A DNA stretch of 64,000 bases. It comes from an uncultured Dehalococcoidia bacterium. GTDB lineage: Bacteria > Chloroflexota > Dehalococcoidia > Lucifugimonadales > CAZENU01. Both the position numbers and the translations under genes were made by a program. How positions within the stretch are numbered: the first letter of the stretch is position 1; each line of letters begins with the position of its first letter. Location of the stretch: NCBI GenBank assembly GCA_964513735.1, contig CAZENU010000005.1:13719-77718 (forward strand). The letters run 5' to 3'. A model generated the notes under the pieces. That model was not told where the DNA came from, ran no database searches, and was given only the letters and a program-made list of their open reading frames with translations. Of the stretch, positions 61,146 to 64,000 are shown piece after piece.

Positions 61146-63458
61146 CTACTTCGACTTTTCCCAGAGCGCCTTCGTGATCGAGGGCGGGTTCATCGGCAGC
61201 CTGGCCATGCGGACGCCGGTGGCCGCGTGGATGGCGTTGGCAAGGGCCGCCGGCGGCGGAACTATGTTCGCCTCGCCGACTCCCCTCACGCCGAACGGGT
61301 GACTTGGATTGGCCACCTCGACGATCACTGTGTCGATCATCGGCAGGTCTAGGGCGACCGGCATCCGGTAGTCGAGCAGGGTGTTGTTGGACATTCGTCC
61401 GGCGTCGTCCATGAAGTACTCTTCGTTCAGAGCCCAGCCAATGCCCTGGGCGCTTCCGCCCTGGAGCTGCCCCTCGACGTAGCTGGGATGTATCGCCTTG
61501 CCTGCGTCCTGGACCACCGTGAAGCGGAGGATGGTGACTTTGCCGGTCTCGGGATCGACCTCTACGTCGACGACATTGCCGGCATAGGAACCGCCCTCAC
61601 CTTTGGGGTCAACGGTGCCACTGCCCATGATGGGGCCGCCTGTGTCCTCCAACTGTGCGCAGAGCTCCTTAAAGCTCATGTTGAGCTCGGGATCATCCTT
61701 GGAGCTGATGACGCCCTTTTCCATCTGCAGGGAGTCAGAAGCGACGTCCCAGACCAGTGCCGCCCGGTCAAGCATCTTGCCCTTGACCTCCTGAGCTGCC
61801 TCGTGGGCGGCCCAGCCGGTGGCGAAGGTGACGCGGCTCCCACCGGTACCAGCCGTGAACCCGATGGAGTCCGTGTCCGCGGTAGCCGGATGCACACCCT
61901 CGACGGGGATGCCCAGGACCTCGGCAGCCTGCATCGCGATCGAAGTACGGGACCCGCCGATGTCGGTGGAGCCCTCGACAAGGCTGATCGTCCCGTCTGA
62001 GTTGACCGAGATAGAGCAGCTTGACGGCATCCCGGCGTTGAACCAAAAGCCCACGCTGACGCCTCTGCCCCTGTTGGGCCCTTCGAGCGGCTCCTTGTAG
62101 TGCGGGTGGTCCTTCATCGCCTCGATGACCTCGACGCAGCCGATGCGGGCGAAGCGCGGACCGTCCGCACGACGGGTGCCCTCTTTGGCCGCGTTCATCA
62201 GCCTCAGCTCCAGAGGATCGATGCCCAGCTTCTCGGCCAGCTCGTCGACGACCGACTCGGTGGCATAGGCGACGTGGGTGGACCCCGGGGCCCTGTACGC
62301 CGCGGACTTAGGCTTGTTGACCACGACGTCGTAGCCGTCTACCAGGATGTTCGGGATGTCGTAGACCGCGAAGACGCACTGGCAGCCCGGCTCAATCGGC
62401 GAGCCAGGCCAGCCTCCGGACTCGAAGGCCACAAAGGCCTGGGCCGCGACGAACTTGCCGTCCTTCGTCGAGCCGATCTTGACCTTCATGTGAGAGCCCG
62501 ACGTCGGCCCGGTCGCCTCGAACTCCTCGGCACGGCTCATGACGATCTTGACCGCGTGGTCGGTCTTCCTGGACAGCAGCGCGGCGATGGGCTCGCCGTA
62601 GGGTTCCCACTTGCCGCCAAAGGCTCCGCCGATCTCCAGTGGAGTCAGCTTGACCATCGACAGCGGCACGCCGAGGATCTCGGCCGTGCTGTCGCGCACT
62701 TCGAACGGCGCCTGAGTACTATTCCAGATGTAGACCCGGCCGTCCTTGCCCCAATTGACGGTGCAGTTGTGCGGCTCGATGTAGCCCTGGTGCACCGTGG
62801 CCGTATCGAACTCCCGCTCGACGATGACGTCGGCCTCCTCGAACCCCTTCTCCAGGTCGCCGTTCTTGTACTGGACGTGGAGCGTCACGTTGGTGGGGGT
62901 GTCGGTGCCCTCGTCGGGGTCGTAGAAGTCCGGGGCATCCTTGGGATCGAAGTAGTCCAGAAGGACCGGGGCGCCCTGTGCCATCGCCTCAGGGGCGGTG
63001 GACACGGCCGGCAGCACCGCGTAGTCGACCTCGATGAGGGCAAGCGCTTCCTCGGCGATGTGGGGGCTGGTCGCGGCCACACCGGCCACCGGGTGGCCCT
63101 TGTACAGGACCTTCTCCCCGGCCAGGATGGCGTCGCGCTGTTGCTGCAGATTCGAGTCCCCCTGCGTGCTGTTATGGAAGATCTCGCCGGGCTCGCCCTT
63201 GGGCAGATCGGCGGCCGTCACCGTGGCCATCACGCCTGGAAGAGCGTCGGCCTTGCTGGTGTCTATCGACTTTATCCTGGCGTGCGCATGCGGGCTTCGC
63301 AGGACCTTCCCGTACAGCATCCTGGTCGTGGTGAAGTCGGCGCCGTAGACTGCCTTGCCGGTCACCTTCTCGTGACCGTCGTGGCGGATAGGCCGTGTTC
63401 CGACTACGTCGAAGGTCTTCGTGGCAAGAACGACGTTGCGCTCGTAGGTGGCCGTCAT
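61146..63458 (-). CDS. Molybdopterin-binding large subunit of a xanthine dehydrogenase/aldehyde oxidase/CoxL-family hydroxylase
   Basis: 770 aa. N-terminal GKAVYGADF...LRSPHAHARI, central AAYRAPGS, typical domain order. The form I CoxL signature AYxCSFR was not seen. Confidence 0.85.
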   Translation of the reverse strand: MTATYERNVVLATKTFDVVGTRPIRHDGHEKVTGKAVYGADFTTTRMLYGKVLRSPHAHARIKSIDTSKADALPGVMATVTAADLPKGEPGEIFHNSTQGDSNLQQQRDAILAGEKVLYKGHPVAGVAATSPHIAEEALALIEVDYAVLPAVSTAPEAMAQGAPVLLDYFDPKDAPDFYDPDEGTDTPTNVTLHVQYKNGDLEKGFEEADVIVEREFDTATVHQGYIEPHNCTVNWGKDGRVYIWNSTQAPFEVRDSTAEILGVPLSMVKLTPLEIGGAFGGKWEPYGEPIAALLSRKTDHAVKIVMSRAEEFEATGPTSGSHMKVKIGSTKDGKFVAAQAFVAFESGGWPGSPIEPGCQCVFAVYDIPNILVDGYDVVVNKPKSAAYRAPGSTHVAYATESVVDELAEKLGIDPLELRLMNAAKEGTRRADGPRFARIGCVEVIEAMKDHPHYKEPLEGPNRGRGVSVGFWFNAGMPSSCSISVNSDGTISLVEGSTDIGGSRTSIAMQAAEVLGIPVEGVHPATADTDSIGFTAGTGGSRVTFATGWAAHEAAQEVKGKMLDRAALVWDVASDSLQMEKGVISSKDDPELNMSFKELCAQLEDTGGPIMGSGTVDPKGEGGSYAGNVVDVEVDPETGKVTILRFTVVQDAGKAIHPSYVEGQLQGGSAQGIGWALNEEYFMDDAGRMSNNTLLDYRMPVALDLPMIDTVIVEVANPSHPFGVRGVGEANIVPPPAALANAIHAATGVRMARLPMNPPSITKALWEKSK

Positions 63459-63470
63459 ATCGTCAGCCTC

Positions 63471-63941
63471 CTACATCCGTCTCGCTGCGTCCATTACCGC
63501 ACGGACGATCTTGTCGTAGCCGGTGCAGCGGCAGAGATTGCCGGCCAGCCACTCGCGGATCCGGTACTCGGAGGGGTTTGGCTCGGCCTCGAGCAGCGCC
63601 TTGGAGGCGACGATGAAGCCAGGAGTGCAGATGCCGCACTGGAGACCCGCGTTCTCCAGGAACGCCTGCTGGATCGGGTGCAGTCCGGCCGGCGTCGCGA
63701 TGCCCTCGATGGTCAGGATCTCGCTGCCCTGGGCCTCAACGGCGAGCACCAGGCAGGAATCGATTATGCGGCCGTCCATGTTGACGGTACACGCGCCGCA
63801 GTTACCGTCGTTGCACCCTTCCTTGGAGCCGGTCAGCCCGATCACGTCCCGAAGGCACTCGAGCAGGCTCTGTCTCGGCTCGCAGAGGAATTCGACGTCT
63901 TCGCCGTTTATCCGGGTCTGAACGTGAGTTTTGGTTAGCAT
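63471..63941 (-). CDS. (2Fe-2S)-binding small subunit (CoxS-like)
   Basis: 156 aa. CNDGNCGACTV and CGICTPGF...CRCTGY cysteine clusters. Confidence 0.9.
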   Translation of the reverse strand: MLTKTHVQTRINGEDVEFLCEPRQSLLECLRDVIGLTGSKEGCNDGNCGACTVNMDGRIIDSCLVLAVEAQGSEILTIEGIATPAGLHPIQQAFLENAGLQCGICTPGFIVASKALLEAEPNPSEYRIREWLAGNLCRCTGYDKIVRAVMDAARRM

Positions 63942-64000
63942 TTACCGGGCCTCCTGGGCTCTCTCGACCGCGGTGGTCAGCGCGCGGCGGGTCAGGACCT
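63942..64000 (-). CDS. C-terminal fragment of an upstream ORF, probably the FAD-binding medium subunit (CoxM-like)
   Basis: Hand translation gives ...VLTRRALTTAVERAQEAR*, with TAA at 63944-63942 directly abutting the ATG of the 2Fe-2S gene. The identity is inferred only from the usual M-S-L gene order. Confidence 0.4.
   Translation of the reverse strand, partial: VLTRRALTTAVERAQEAR

Noticed and set aside
62100-63938. 612-aa + strand ORF
   Set aside because: Antisense shadow of the Mo-hydroxylase large and small subunit genes. Low-complexity R/G/D/L/V composition.

Overview
GC-rich, gene-dense chromosomal segment with about 60 supportable protein genes. I found no rRNA, tRNA or CRISPR array. 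All calls come from by-eye motif reading of the ORF track and hand translation. No searches were run, and hand-counted coordinates of non-ORF features may be off by 1-2 nt.

Content is mostly housekeeping and central metabolism:
- queF-queC
- a split cytochrome c maturation System I set (ccmAB on the + strand, ccmC-ccmD-ccmE on the - strand)
- korAB 2-oxoacid:ferredoxin oxidoreductase
- lysA-holB, ftsH, tyrS, ribF, aroG-aroH-trpA, thrB-lysC, mutS2, citrate synthase
- a coxMSL-type molybdenum hydroxylase
- many SDRs, aminotransferases and glycosyltransferases

Several traits suggest a Chloroflexota-like lineage (SAR202/Dehalococcoidia type): holB followed by a ricT/yaaT-like ORF, a Cys-type CcmE, a CcmD_alt-type tail, tandem paralogues, and abundant GC-rich palindromic intergenic repeats. 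This is weak inference only.

Most notable observations:
1. A translationally coupled pair at 12619-14858: a 201-aa protein with a HAS-barrel-like N-terminus plus a HerA/FtsK-type ATPase. It has no recognisable nuclease or NADase partner and sits next to a decayed hicBA-like remnant and REP-like hairpins. This is my best candidate for an uncharacterised module.
2. Four tandem DegT-family aminotransferase paralogues (15794-21368) separated by repeat-bearing spacers.
3. A signal peptide + Calx-beta + CcmD fusion at the canonical ccmD position, next to a CcmE carrying CxxxY instead of HxxxY (System I* type).
4. Single-lesion disruptions (one nonsense codon, several 1-nt frameshifts) confined to small accessory genes, while all long core genes are intact.
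5. At least three families of palindromic intergenic repeats, one lying inside the queF-queC operon.
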